DNA from: Ignavibacteria bacterium | GTDB taxonomy: Bacteria; Bacteroidota; Ignavibacteria; Kapaibacteriales; UBA2268 | DNA length: 64,000 bases | Direction: 5' to 3' | Assembly (NCBI GenBank): GCA_026417135.1 | Contig: JAOADV010000002.1 | Span: 72,985 to 136,984, forward strand | Part shown: positions 1 through 10,100 of the stretch, in pieces | Layout: each line of letters begins with the position of its first letter | Numbering within the stretch: position 1 is the first letter of the stretch | Translations under genes and position numbers: made by a program | Notes under the pieces: generated by a model | The model's input: only the letters and a program-made list of their open reading frames with translations | Database searches by the model: none | Told to the model about the DNA's origin: nothing

Positions 1-1
1 G

Positions 2-1054
2 AATTACGAATACCCCGAATTAAGTTTTTTCGAGTTTACAAATCTTATTAAAAAAGTTGACCGAGAATTCTTTTCAGAAAATTTTCTGGAAAACATTCTG
101 CAATTGACAGACCAAATTTTTGAACTATTTGATACCTTCGAAGAAAAGCCAACAATTCCTTTTTCGGTGGTAAGTATCTTGCTGAAAGACAAAGGGTTTG
201 TTCAATTAGCCAAGTTTTTGGATTCTTTTAAAGACCATTATTCTAAAATTGGAATAAGCAAGGAGAATTTAGGAGAGATTTTCAAAACCGCTCTAAATTC
301 CGATTTTAGTTTTATTGACGATAGCTTCTTGTCGAAGCAAGTTGGAAGTTCGCAAGTTGATTCAATAAATTTTTCGGATTTGCAAAGCTTCATCTTTAAA
401 CTCCCGGAAAATGTGTTACCTTTACCAATAGATTTTGAAATCAATTTGGAAAAAGGAAAGTCTGGAATAATTGTTGCAAAAGAGCAGGAAATCGAAACCA
501 TAAAAGAGCTAATCTCGAAGTTTGATGCAAAAAATGTAGAACCTTCGCAAACTCATTTCATAGATTATGCTGACGCTAACGCGGATGCAAATACCACCAA
601 CGAACGCGATGATTTGACACAAAGTAGTTCAGAAGAGGAAACCACTTGTTCACAAGCAGTTTCCGAATCAGCTGTTGAAATTTTAGAAACGAACGGTGTT
701 GAATCGGTTGAAACTGGTGAATTTAAAATTAACCAAAGCGATTCCTTTTATGTCTCGGGTGAAAATAGTAAGCCAATTGAGAACTTTGAGACCAAATCGA
801 GCGAAAATGTTGATTTTTCTACTTCCTTTCGCGAAATGTTAGGAAATAATAAGAAACAATTCATAGATGAACTCTTTTATGGTTTTGAAGAGGCTTTCAA
901 TGGTTTAGTTGCACAAATTGACCGTTCAGCAACACTCGACGAAGCTCTAACCTATGTTAACAAGTATTTCCAAGATTACGATATATATACGGAATATCAA
1001 ATTGCAAAAGAATTTGTAAACTTAGTTAAAAGAAAATTTGGTATAGATAGTTAA
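2..1054 (+). CDS. hypothetical protein, 5'-partial (the frame is open to the window edge; the first start-like codon is TTG at 104)
   Basis: The frame is open from nt 2 to the stop at 1054, with no in-frame stop upstream of the track start at 104. It has an acidic low-complexity centre (DYADANADANTTNERDDLTQSSSEEETT) flanked by predicted helical regions. I recognise no motifs. Confidence 0.4.
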   Translation, partial: NYEYPELSFFEFTNLIKKVDREFFSENFLENILQLTDQIFELFDTFEEKPTIPFSVVSILLKDKGFVQLAKFLDSFKDHYSKIGISKENLGEIFKTALNSDFSFIDDSFLSKQVGSSQVDSINFSDLQSFIFKLPENVLPLPIDFEINLEKGKSGIIVAKEQEIETIKELISKFDAKNVEPSQTHFIDYADANADANTTNERDDLTQSSSEEETTCSQAVSESAVEILETNGVESVETGEFKINQSDSFYVSGENSKPIENFETKSSENVDFSTSFREMLGNNKKQFIDELFYGFEEAFNGLVAQIDRSATLDEALTYVNKYFQDYDIYTEYQIAKEFVNLVKRKFGIDS

Positions 1055-2409
1055 TCTAAAATAATTGAATGGAGCGTTTCGATAACTTCTTTACCAACTC
1101 CACTGGGCAAGACAATCAGAATTGAATAATTCGAGGCACGGAAAATTATTTGGTGAACCAAAAAGTTGTAAAGTTCTTGAATTATTGTTTGTATTTGATT
1201 ATAAATTTTACTACTTGGTTCGTTGATTCTATATCCACATAAGGCTATCAAGTCCACTTCTAAATTGTCTATTTCTTTTTCATCAAGTAAATTTTTGTAA
1301 AAAGATTTGTTAGAATCGATTTTAACAATTGATTTAAAGAAGATTTTGTTCCCATTGAAATGAATAATGTTAAAGTTGTTTTCTATTAAAAAGTTGTAGT
1401 AATAAGTGAAATCCCTTGTTTCGGTCGATAATCTTTTTTCTATCAATAAACAAGAAGGTAAAAGAATTATTGAATGAAGTGAAGGCTCTTGGATATTTTG
1501 TTCTACTTTAGCATAAATTGTGGTGCCTTCATTATCTGGATTGAATGTATTTAAGACCTTTACTGGTATCCCTTTTAGCATTGCTGGTTTTATTGTTTCT
1601 GGATGGAGAACTTTCGCTCCAAAGAAAGACATCTCGAATACTTCTTCAAAATGGAGGGAGGGAATGCTGATAGGTGCGGTTACGTATTTTGGGTCTGCCG
1701 AAAGTATGCCATTTACGTCTGTCCAAATTTGAACTTCATTTGCATTAACAGCATAAGCGAATAAAGATGCTGAAAGGTCGCTTCCGTTTCGTCCAAGTGT
1801 GGTTGTTTCTTTTGCCCAACTACCAATAAATCCTTGAGTAATTACCACGTCCGAAATTTTAAAGAATGAAAGTAACCTTTCTTTGTTGGCTTCAATTTTA
1901 ATTAGGTCTGGTTTAGCGTTCAAATGAAAACCATCGGTAGCAATCAGTTCTCTTGCATCGAAGAAGCTAGAATTTAACCCTTGCGAGACAGCATAATTGT
2001 AGAAAATTGTTGATGAAAGTACTTCGCCGTAGGATAGAATTTCGGCTTGGACTTTTGGTGTTATTTCTTGTAAAATTCTAACGCCTTCGATTAAATTTTT
2101 TAAACTATGGAAAAGGAAATCTACTGCTTGGATACATTTTGCTCCTTGTTCGCTGTTTTCAAAGAGCTCGACAATTAGCTGAAGGTGGTGAGATTCAATT
2201 TTATTTGTAATTTGCTTTGATTCCTCTTCGGAGTTAAGTCTGGGGCAAATTTCGCATAAATGAATTAGCAAGTCCGTTATTCCAGAACTTGCTGAAAGGA
2301 CAATTATTAATTTGTTATTCGTTTCCTTTTTGAGGATTTCCATTACCTTTCGAATTGAAGTAGCATCTGCAAGGGAAGTTCCTCCAAATTTTAGAACTTT
2401 AACATTCAT
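1051..2409 (-). CDS. lysC: aspartate kinase (monofunctional)
   Basis: N-terminal KFGGTSL glycine motif of the amino-acid kinase fold. Kinase core (ITQGFIG..., GRNGSDLSA). C-terminal tandem ACT-like region. 452 aa. Confidence 0.85.
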   Translation of the reverse strand: MNVKVLKFGGTSLADATSIRKVMEILKKETNNKLIIVLSASSGITDLLIHLCEICPRLNSEEESKQITNKIESHHLQLIVELFENSEQGAKCIQAVDFLFHSLKNLIEGVRILQEITPKVQAEILSYGEVLSSTIFYNYAVSQGLNSSFFDARELIATDGFHLNAKPDLIKIEANKERLLSFFKISDVVITQGFIGSWAKETTTLGRNGSDLSASLFAYAVNANEVQIWTDVNGILSADPKYVTAPISIPSLHFEEVFEMSFFGAKVLHPETIKPAMLKGIPVKVLNTFNPDNEGTTIYAKVEQNIQEPSLHSIILLPSCLLIEKRLSTETRDFTYYYNFLIENNFNIIHFNGNKIFFKSIVKIDSNKSFYKNLLDEKEIDNLEVDLIALCGYRINEPSSKIYNQIQTIIQELYNFLVHQIIFRASNYSILIVLPSGVGKEVIETLHSIILD

Positions 2410-2610
2410 TTTTATATTCTCTATTTAAAATTCCTTGCTGTGTATGAATTTTTCATCTTTTTAAATTAAGAAAAATAAGCGTCAAATTTACTACATAAAT
2501 CAAATTTTTTAAGTGATTATTAATGTAAATTTTACTATTTTTTATTTTTGAAAATTTATTTTTTATAAATTGAAATTTCTTTTTTTAGCAGTGGTGTTAA
2601 TGGAGAATTT

Positions 2611-3519
2611 ATGGAGCGAGCGAAAGTTCAACTAAATGAGTTGTTAAAAAAACCGTTAGATGTTTTGAAGCTTGATTTGCATTTGCGTGGCTACGACGAG
2701 TTTCCTTCGGAAGTTTTGATGTTTAGTAATTTACGAGAGCTTAACTTAAAAAACAATTATTTGAAAAAAGTCCCATGGGAGATATCTAAATTAGAATTTC
2801 TTGAAAAACTTGAACTTGGGGGCAATTTTTTTGAGAACTTCCCGGAGGAAATAACCAATTTGCCGAATTTAAGATATTTAGATTTGAGTTGGAATTTACT
2901 TACTTCGATTTCTTCGGCAATTGAGAAATTAGCAAATCTTGAGGTTTTGATTTTGAATAATAACAAAATAAAATTTCTGCCCGAAAGTTTGGGAAAGTTG
3001 GGCAAATTGAAAGTTCTTTCATTGAGCAACAATGAAATTGTTTCTTTACCTAACTCGCTCGGTGAGCTTATTAATCTCGAAGAGTTTTATTGTTCGAACA
3101 ACCAAATTCAGTTTTTGCCTAACACTATTGGTGATTGTATCAATTTGAAGAAATTAGAACTTCAGGAAAATCTTCTAACTAAGCTCCCCGAAACTATTGG
3201 GAACTTGAAAAATCTCGAAAAGCTTCGTCTCTATAAAAATTTGCTTTCGGAACTTCCGGATACAATTGGGAATTTGCACAATCTTGAAAAGTTATTTTTG
3301 TATGAAAATCAATTAACTTTTTTGCCCGAAAGTATTGGAAATCTTGTAAATCTCGAAGAAATCGATATTAGCGGAAATGAATTGTGCAATCTTCCCGATG
3401 GTATATTTAATTTGAAAAAACTTACAAAAGTATCCTTTGCAAACAATAATTTTCCGTCGGACTTTATCTACATATTAAAAGAAAAATTCCCAAAAGCCTT
3501 ATTTGAAAGCGACCTATAG
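2611..3519 (+). CDS. leucine-rich repeat (LRR) protein
   Basis: About 11 tandem ~23-aa LxxLxxLxLxxNxLxxLPxxIGxLxx repeats (e.g. NLKKLELQENLLTKLPETIGNLK). No signal peptide and no second domain. Confidence 0.85.
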   Translation: MERAKVQLNELLKKPLDVLKLDLHLRGYDEFPSEVLMFSNLRELNLKNNYLKKVPWEISKLEFLEKLELGGNFFENFPEEITNLPNLRYLDLSWNLLTSISSAIEKLANLEVLILNNNKIKFLPESLGKLGKLKVLSLSNNEIVSLPNSLGELINLEEFYCSNNQIQFLPNTIGDCINLKKLELQENLLTKLPETIGNLKNLEKLRLYKNLLSELPDTIGNLHNLEKLFLYENQLTFLPESIGNLVNLEEIDISGNELCNLPDGIFNLKKLTKVSFANNNFPSDFIYILKEKFPKALFESDL

Positions 3520-3699
3520 TTTCTATATCTTTGTTAAGATTAGTCTCTATTAGCTAAATATTTTCGGCGACCTTTGAACTTTTAATGCATTCCGAAAATC
3601 TAATAAAACCTAAATATGACAAGCACATTTTAGATTTCAATTTTAACAAAACTATAGTTTTGGTGAGAATATATATTAATAACGCTAATATCGAAACTT

Positions 3700-6600
3700 T
3701 TAAAATTGTATTGAGTCGCTCGGGTTATTAAACAATTCCATCAAGTTTTGTTCAGCACGTTCAGCAAGTTTTTGGATAAATGAATCTTTACTTTGTTTAT
3801 ATGTAGAAATTAGAGTGTCTGCAAGTTTGCGTGCCTCGTCGAATTTCTTCGCTTTGATAAGTGGTTCGATTTGTTGCCGGTCAATGTATAGTAGATTTCC
3901 GAAGATGTCCAAAAGATTATTTTGCACTGATTGCTGGTCTAAGCCCCATTTCTCAATTTGTCCAGATTGGATTGAAGTGGTAATAAGGTCGTAAAAAGAA
4001 AGTAAAGTGTTTCGTGCAGATTGGTAATCTTCCAATATTGCGTATGCTGCAGAAAGAATTTTGTATGGACCAGTTCTACCTCGGATTTCTTCCCGTAAAT
4101 CGTCGTATCGATATCTTCTAAGTTTAGGATTATTAATGATTTCGTTGCAGGTTTTGACTGCTAAACTTGCCCATTGCTTTGCTTTTTCGATTTCCCCAGA
4201 TTCTTTATAAATAGTCGAAATTTGGTATTCCTCGTCGTAATATGTAGGGAAAAGTTTTGGAGAAATATATTTGTTTAAGGTATCTAAAACTGCTGCTGCT
4301 TTTGCCTTGTTTTGAGAATTTTCTGCTAAAAAGGTAGCATAGTTCATATAAATTTGCCGATAGCTTTGTATCATTCTTCTGTGTACTTCATCGTAATAAA
4401 CATATTCACCTTCCCCAGATAAATTACGCAGTTTAAAACCATAGTGAGGCTCCTTATGGAAATTATTTGAGTTATCAATGTTGAGTAAGCATTTATCCAT
4501 TATTTCTTCGTTTACCATTCCACCTTTCATAGCATTTTGGGGAACTGGACAAATTCGCCAAGCCATACCTTCGAGTCGAAGGTGTCTACCTAAACCCGAA
4601 AATACGTCGGAGCCACAAGTTGTCGAGAAGTACACAGGTCGTTCGAATTTTGTTTGTTGAAGAATATCGAGAATCAACTTGTTGTTTACAAGGAATAAGT
4701 AGATGGGCTTCCCTTGTCGCTCTGTGAATTGGCGCCCTACGAAAGTAAACTCCATGTAGCCCTTGTTAATATACGAGGTATCGTCGGTGTATTGAGCAAG
4801 TATTTCTTTTCGAACGGGAATTCGAATCTGACGAGCTTCGCCAAATTCATAACTTAATGCAGTTGGGCTGTCTTCTTCTACTTGTAGTTGTTGGTCGCCG
4901 AAACTAAGTGGAATTTTTTTTGCTCCCCAAGGTTCTCTATTTTTCAATTGGTCTATGTACCAAAGTGTTTGACCTAAAGAAAGATTCACGACCCTGACAT
5001 CGCGCCGTACACCAGCCACATCTTGAATAAACCAAACTGGGAAAGTATCGTTATCCCCATTTGTGAATACTATTGCGTCCTTTTCCAAACTTTGAAGAAT
5101 ATTATATGCATAATCGAATGGGAAATAATTGTTCGCACGAGTTGTTACCTTCCAATTCCCATAAAGCATATTTGCAGGGACAAGTAAGATAGAGACAATG
5201 AATGTAAGATAAACAAGTGTCTCGTGCAATTTTTTTCTTTTGATAAATTCAGTGAATGAATATGTTCCAAGTCCTATCCACAAAGCCCAAACCATATAAG
5301 AGCCAGTGTAAAAGTAGTCGCGTTCCCTTGGTTGTGGGTTCTGCTGATTTTGAGCAATTGCGGCTATTACACCCATTAATAAGAACATTGTAAGGAAAAC
5401 TAAAGCCATTTTTGGGTCTCTGTTGAAATGGAAGAATAACCCTATTAGCCCAAATATTAATGGCAAAGCATAGAATTTGACTGGAAATTGTTCGGCGTAT
5501 CCACTTTTGTAATTTGTAATTTTCGCATCAGCGTCGCTAAACCAGGCTTCATTTGCATCTTGGACATCACTTTCTCGCCCGACAAAATTCCAAAGAAAGT
5601 ATCGTAGATACATATGTTTAATTTGGTATTTCCAAAGATATGCTAATTCACCTTCGGTGTTTACTCTGTCCCAGACTGGAACACTTATGAAAGAGCCGTC
5701 TTTTCTCATTACTTCTTTGGTACCGGGTGGGTACCAGTGACCATAAATGTAGTTTCCATATTCATCTTGTTGATTATAGTAATGGATTTTCAGTTCATCG
5801 TTGTAATCGGTTCTCCTTGGCCAAAGTACTTGTTCCCCATATTGTTCTCGACCGAGATAAGAAACCAAGCGTTTAAAATTTTTTGGTTCATTTTCGTTCA
5901 TCGGTGGATTTGCATTTGCTCGAATTAAAATGTGGGCATAAGTAGTAAAACCTAAAAGTATCAAAATATATGAACCAAAAATTAGTTGCAGTAACTTAAT
6001 TTTGTGTTGAGTAGCCCAGATGAAAATGAAAATCCCTAAGAAAATAAATAGTAAACCAATGGTAGTCATAATAAAATTGTCTTCGATTAAATATTCTCTC
6101 GCTTCTGTTCTAAAGGGATAATAGCCTGCCAAAAAACCTGGTAACCACTTTAAAATTACACTATAAATGATAAAGAAGCTTACAATAGAAACAAAGACCA
6201 TTACTAAAAACGAGGAGACATTTAGTTCGTATTTTTTGAAATAAATCACAAGGTAAATTGAAAAAATAGTTAGAAGAGCTAATAGATGAACTCCTATTGA
6301 TAATCCTATTAAGTAGAAAATAACTAAAAGGTACTTTTCGCTTCCAGGATTATCTGCTTTTTCATTCCAAACAAGTAGTAAATAAACGACTAAATTGGCA
6401 AAGAGTTGGGAAAGTGCATAAACCTCGGATTCAACCCCGTTGAACCAAACGGTACCACAAAAGGCAAAAGCCATAGAACCAACAAAAGCAGAACCATAAA
6501 CTGAAATTGCATCGGCAAAACTCTCGATTGGCATTGTGCGAAAATTCATTATTACCTTTATGATAATTAGGTACAATAGAAGTACAAAAAAGGCAGTAGA

Positions 6601-6849
6601 AACAACGCTTAACATATTTATCTTCCAACCCGGGTCGCCAAAAGGAATAATCATCTCGAAAACTTTAGCTATCATTAAAAAGAGTGGGGCGCCCGGTGGA
6701 TGTGGAACTTGTTGCCAGATAGCAGCGGCGGAAAATTCCCCACAATCCCAAAGTGGTACCGAAGGTTGAACAGTTAAAGTGTAAACAACAAAAGTAATTA
6801 GAAAAGATAGACTTCCAAAAAGTGTTTTTACGGTCTTGAAAGAGCTCAT
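3700..6849 (-). CDS. DUF2723 family polytopic membrane protein (GT-C / protein-O-mannosyltransferase-like fold) with C-terminal TPR-like region
   Basis: N-terminus MSSF...PSVPLWDCGEFSAAA...PHPPGAPLF is characteristic of DUF2723. There are about 11-13 hydrophobic helices in the first ~550 aa, then a soluble helical repeat region. 1049 aa. Confidence 0.6.
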   Translation of the reverse strand: MSSFKTVKTLFGSLSFLITFVVYTLTVQPSVPLWDCGEFSAAAIWQQVPHPPGAPLFLMIAKVFEMIIPFGDPGWKINMLSVVSTAFFVLLLYLIIIKVIMNFRTMPIESFADAISVYGSAFVGSMAFAFCGTVWFNGVESEVYALSQLFANLVVYLLLVWNEKADNPGSEKYLLVIFYLIGLSIGVHLLALLTIFSIYLVIYFKKYELNVSSFLVMVFVSIVSFFIIYSVILKWLPGFLAGYYPFRTEAREYLIEDNFIMTTIGLLFIFLGIFIFIWATQHKIKLLQLIFGSYILILLGFTTYAHILIRANANPPMNENEPKNFKRLVSYLGREQYGEQVLWPRRTDYNDELKIHYYNQQDEYGNYIYGHWYPPGTKEVMRKDGSFISVPVWDRVNTEGELAYLWKYQIKHMYLRYFLWNFVGRESDVQDANEAWFSDADAKITNYKSGYAEQFPVKFYALPLIFGLIGLFFHFNRDPKMALVFLTMFLLMGVIAAIAQNQQNPQPRERDYFYTGSYMVWALWIGLGTYSFTEFIKRKKLHETLVYLTFIVSILLVPANMLYGNWKVTTRANNYFPFDYAYNILQSLEKDAIVFTNGDNDTFPVWFIQDVAGVRRDVRVVNLSLGQTLWYIDQLKNREPWGAKKIPLSFGDQQLQVEEDSPTALSYEFGEARQIRIPVRKEILAQYTDDTSYINKGYMEFTFVGRQFTERQGKPIYLFLVNNKLILDILQQTKFERPVYFSTTCGSDVFSGLGRHLRLEGMAWRICPVPQNAMKGGMVNEEIMDKCLLNIDNSNNFHKEPHYGFKLRNLSGEGEYVYYDEVHRRMIQSYRQIYMNYATFLAENSQNKAKAAAVLDTLNKYISPKLFPTYYDEEYQISTIYKESGEIEKAKQWASLAVKTCNEIINNPKLRRYRYDDLREEIRGRTGPYKILSAAYAILEDYQSARNTLLSFYDLITTSIQSGQIEKWGLDQQSVQNNLLDIFGNLLYIDRQQIEPLIKAKKFDEARKLADTLISTYKQSKDSFIQKLAERAEQNLMELFNNPSDSIQF

Positions 6850-7109
6850 TTTGTACCCAAAAAAAATGCAATTTAAAAAGAATTGGCAATATAAAACATT
6901 TCAAGCAGAAGAGTCTGGATTTCGAAAACAACAAGAATTATACAAAGAATTATTCAAGGCATAAACCGAACTCCTTTTATTTTAATTGCAATAAAACATA
7001 AGTCTAAACTTTGGTTTGGTTTTTAATAGATTTAGAGCTGAATGAGTAACAAATATTAAATGAATTCTTTCTAAATTTGTATTATTTTTTATTTTTCTAA
7101 GGTTATAGG

Positions 7110-10100
7110 ATGGGAAAGAAAATGTATGCTGTAATGGATGGCAACGAGGCTGCTGCGTATGTTGCCTTTCGTGTGAACGAAGTTATTGCAATTTATCCAA
7201 TAACACCATCTTCTAATATGGGAGAATGGTGCGACGAATGGGCGGCAAAAGGATATAAAAATATTTGGGGTATAACTCCTACTGTGGTAGAAATGCAAAG
7301 CGAAGCAGGTGCAGCTGGAACCGTCCACGGAGCATTGCAAGCGGGGGCATTAACTACCACTTTCACCGCTGCACAAGGTTTGTTATTGAAAATTCCCAAT
7401 ATGTTCAAAATTGCTGGTGAACTTACACCTACCGTTTTCAACATAAGTGCAAGGGCACTTGCAACCCACGCCTTATCTATTTTCGGGGACCACAGTGATG
7501 TAATGGCAGCCCGAATGACTGGCTTCGGGATGATGGCATCTTCGTCCGTTCAAGAAGTTATGGATTTGGAACTAATTGCCTATGCATCTTCTCTTGAATC
7601 TCGAATTCCAATGATACAATTCTTCGATGGATTTCGGACTTCTCACGAGGAAAATAAAATTGTAGTTGTTCCCGATGATGTTATGCGAGAAATGATGCCC
7701 GATGAATTAATAAAAGCACACAGGCTTCGTGCTTTAAATCCAGAACGACCAGTAATTCGCGGAACTGCCCAAAACCCAGATGTTTTCTTCCAAAATCGAG
7801 AAACCGTAAATAGATTTTACGCTGCTTGCCCAGAGATTGTCCAAAAAACTATGGATAAATTTGCTACCTTTACTGGAAGGCAATATCATCTTTTCGACTA
7901 TTTTGGGCATCCCGAAGCTGAAAGAGTAATTGTAATTATGGCAAGTGGGGGCGAAACTGCCGAAGAAACTGTTAAGTATCTTGTAAAAAATTACGATGAG
8001 AGGGTTGGTGTTATTCGTGTTCGTCTTTATAGACCTTTCAGCATTAAACATTTTATTGATGCTATTCCATCGAGTGTTAAAGCGATTGCAGTTCTTGACA
8101 GAACAAAAGAACCAGGGGCTCCGGGCGAACCTCTTTATCTTGATGTGGTTGATGCATTTTATGAATATTTTAGTAACGGTAACACGAAATTTGCACAATT
8201 TCCTAAAATTGTGGGTGGACGATATGGTCTTGCATCAAAAGAATTCACCCCCGCAATGGTAAAAGCTGTTTTTGATAATTTGAAGTTGGATAAGCCTAAA
8301 AATCATTTTACTATTGGGATTATCGACGATGTTACTTTCACTAGCCTTGAATACGACCCAAACTTCTCGATTGAACCCGAAAATGTTGTCCGTGCAATGT
8401 TCTATGGTCTTGCAGCCGATGGAACTGTCGGAGCTAACAAAAATTCGGTCAAGATTATTGGGGAAAATACCGATTTGTATGCACAGGGTTATTATGTTTA
8501 TGATTCAAGGAAGGCGGGGACACTAACTGTTTCACACTTGCGTTTTGGTCCAGAACCCATACGTGCTCCATATTTAATTTCGAAAGCAAACTTCTTAGCC
8601 TGTCATCAAACAGTCTTTATCGAAAAGTATCATATGCTACATAATCTTGTACCTGAGGGAACATTTTTGATAAATGCTCCATTTGAAGGTGAAGAGCTTT
8701 GGAACTTTTTCCCACTATCTGTCCAAAAACAAATTTTAGATAAAAATCTCAAAGTCTATTATGTTGATGCTCAAAAAGTAGCCGAAGAAAGTGGTATGGG
8801 CAGGAGAATTAATACAATTATGCAAGTGTGTTTCTTTGCCCTTTCTGGTATATTACCCCGAGAGCAAGCAATCGAGGCGATAAAAGAATCTATTGTTAGA
8901 ACTTATGGTAAGAAAGGTGATGAAATCGTTAGGATGAATATCCAAGCTGTTGAAAGCACTTTGGAAAATCTGAAAGAACTTTATGTTCCACAGAAAATTA
9001 CTGCTACACGAGATGTCTGGCCCCCAGTACCAGACAATGCACCGGAATTTGTAAAAAAGGTCGAAGGGGAAATCATTGCTGGACGCGGCGATTATTTACC
9101 AGTAAGTGTATTTCCTGTGGATGGAACTTGGCCCACTGCTACAACACAGTACGAGAAAAGAAACATTGCTTTGGAAATTCCAGTCTGGGACGAAAAGATA
9201 TGTATCCAATGTGGCAAGTGCGCCTTTGTTTGTCCGCACGCTACGATAAGAATCAAAGTTTTCGACCCCAAATATCTTGAAAATGCTCCTTCGACATTTA
9301 AATATACAGATGCCCGAGACAAAGAATTTGCTGGGATGAAATATTCGATTCAAGTTGCTCCAGAAGATTGTACTGGCTGTGCAGTTTGTGTTGAAGTTTG
9401 CCCAGCTCGCGATAAGACAAATCCAAAACATAAAGCATTAGATATGTATCCTCAATTGCCATTGCGGGAGCAAGAAAAGATAAATTGGGACTTCTTTTTG
9501 AGTTTGCCAGATATCGATAGGCGTAGGATAAAGGTTACAAACATTCGACAGCAACAGATTCAACGTCCGTTGTTCGAATTTTCTGGTGCTTGCACCGGTT
9601 GTGGCGAAACTCCCTATGTAAAACTTCTTTCTCAGCTTTTTGGCGATAGACTACTTATTGCCAATGCAACAGGTTGCTCTTCAATTTATGGTGGTAATTT
9701 ACCCACTACTCCGTTCGCAGTTGACGAAAATGGTAGGGGACCAACTTGGTCAAATTCACTTTTCGAAGACAATGCTGAATTTGGTTTCGGGTTCCGCTTA
9801 GCTATCGATAAGCAAAAAGAAATTGCTGTGAATTTGCTAAAAGGTTTGGCCTCCCAAGTTGGGGAAGTTCTCGTTGAAGAAATAATTAACGCAAGACAAA
9901 AAACCGAGCCCGAAATTTACGAACAAAGAGAAAGAGTCGCTGCTTTAATTGAAAAACTGAAAGAAATTGATACACCAGAAGCTAAGAAGCTTTCAACAAT
10001 TGCAGATTATCTTGTAAAGAAAAGTGTTTGGGTCGTAGGTGGAGATGGCTGGGCATACGATATAGGCTATGGTGGGCTCGACCACGTGGTCGCAATGGGT

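Noticed and set aside
4-192. 62-aa minus-strand ORF at the window start
   Set aside because: It overlaps the open plus-strand frame that continues from the window edge, and has no coding features.
2410-2610. Possible lysine riboswitch (L-box) in the 200-nt leader of the aspartokinase gene
   Set aside because: The leader is almost pure A/T with no GC-rich P1-P5 helices or recognisable L-box conserved segments. It looks like a plain AT-rich promoter/UTR.
6665-6934. 89-aa minus-strand ORF spanning the DUF2723 start and the divergent promoter
   Set aside because: It overlaps the 5' end of the 1049-aa gene and the intergenic promoter. It is likely spurious.
7073-7080. Bacteroidota-type -7 promoter element TAnnTTTG (TAAATTTG) ~30 nt upstream of nifJ
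   Set aside because: It is present here, but comparable motifs were not found consistently upstream of other genes in the window (M4 protease, LRR, ymdB). So it is not reliable as a promoter call without TSS data.
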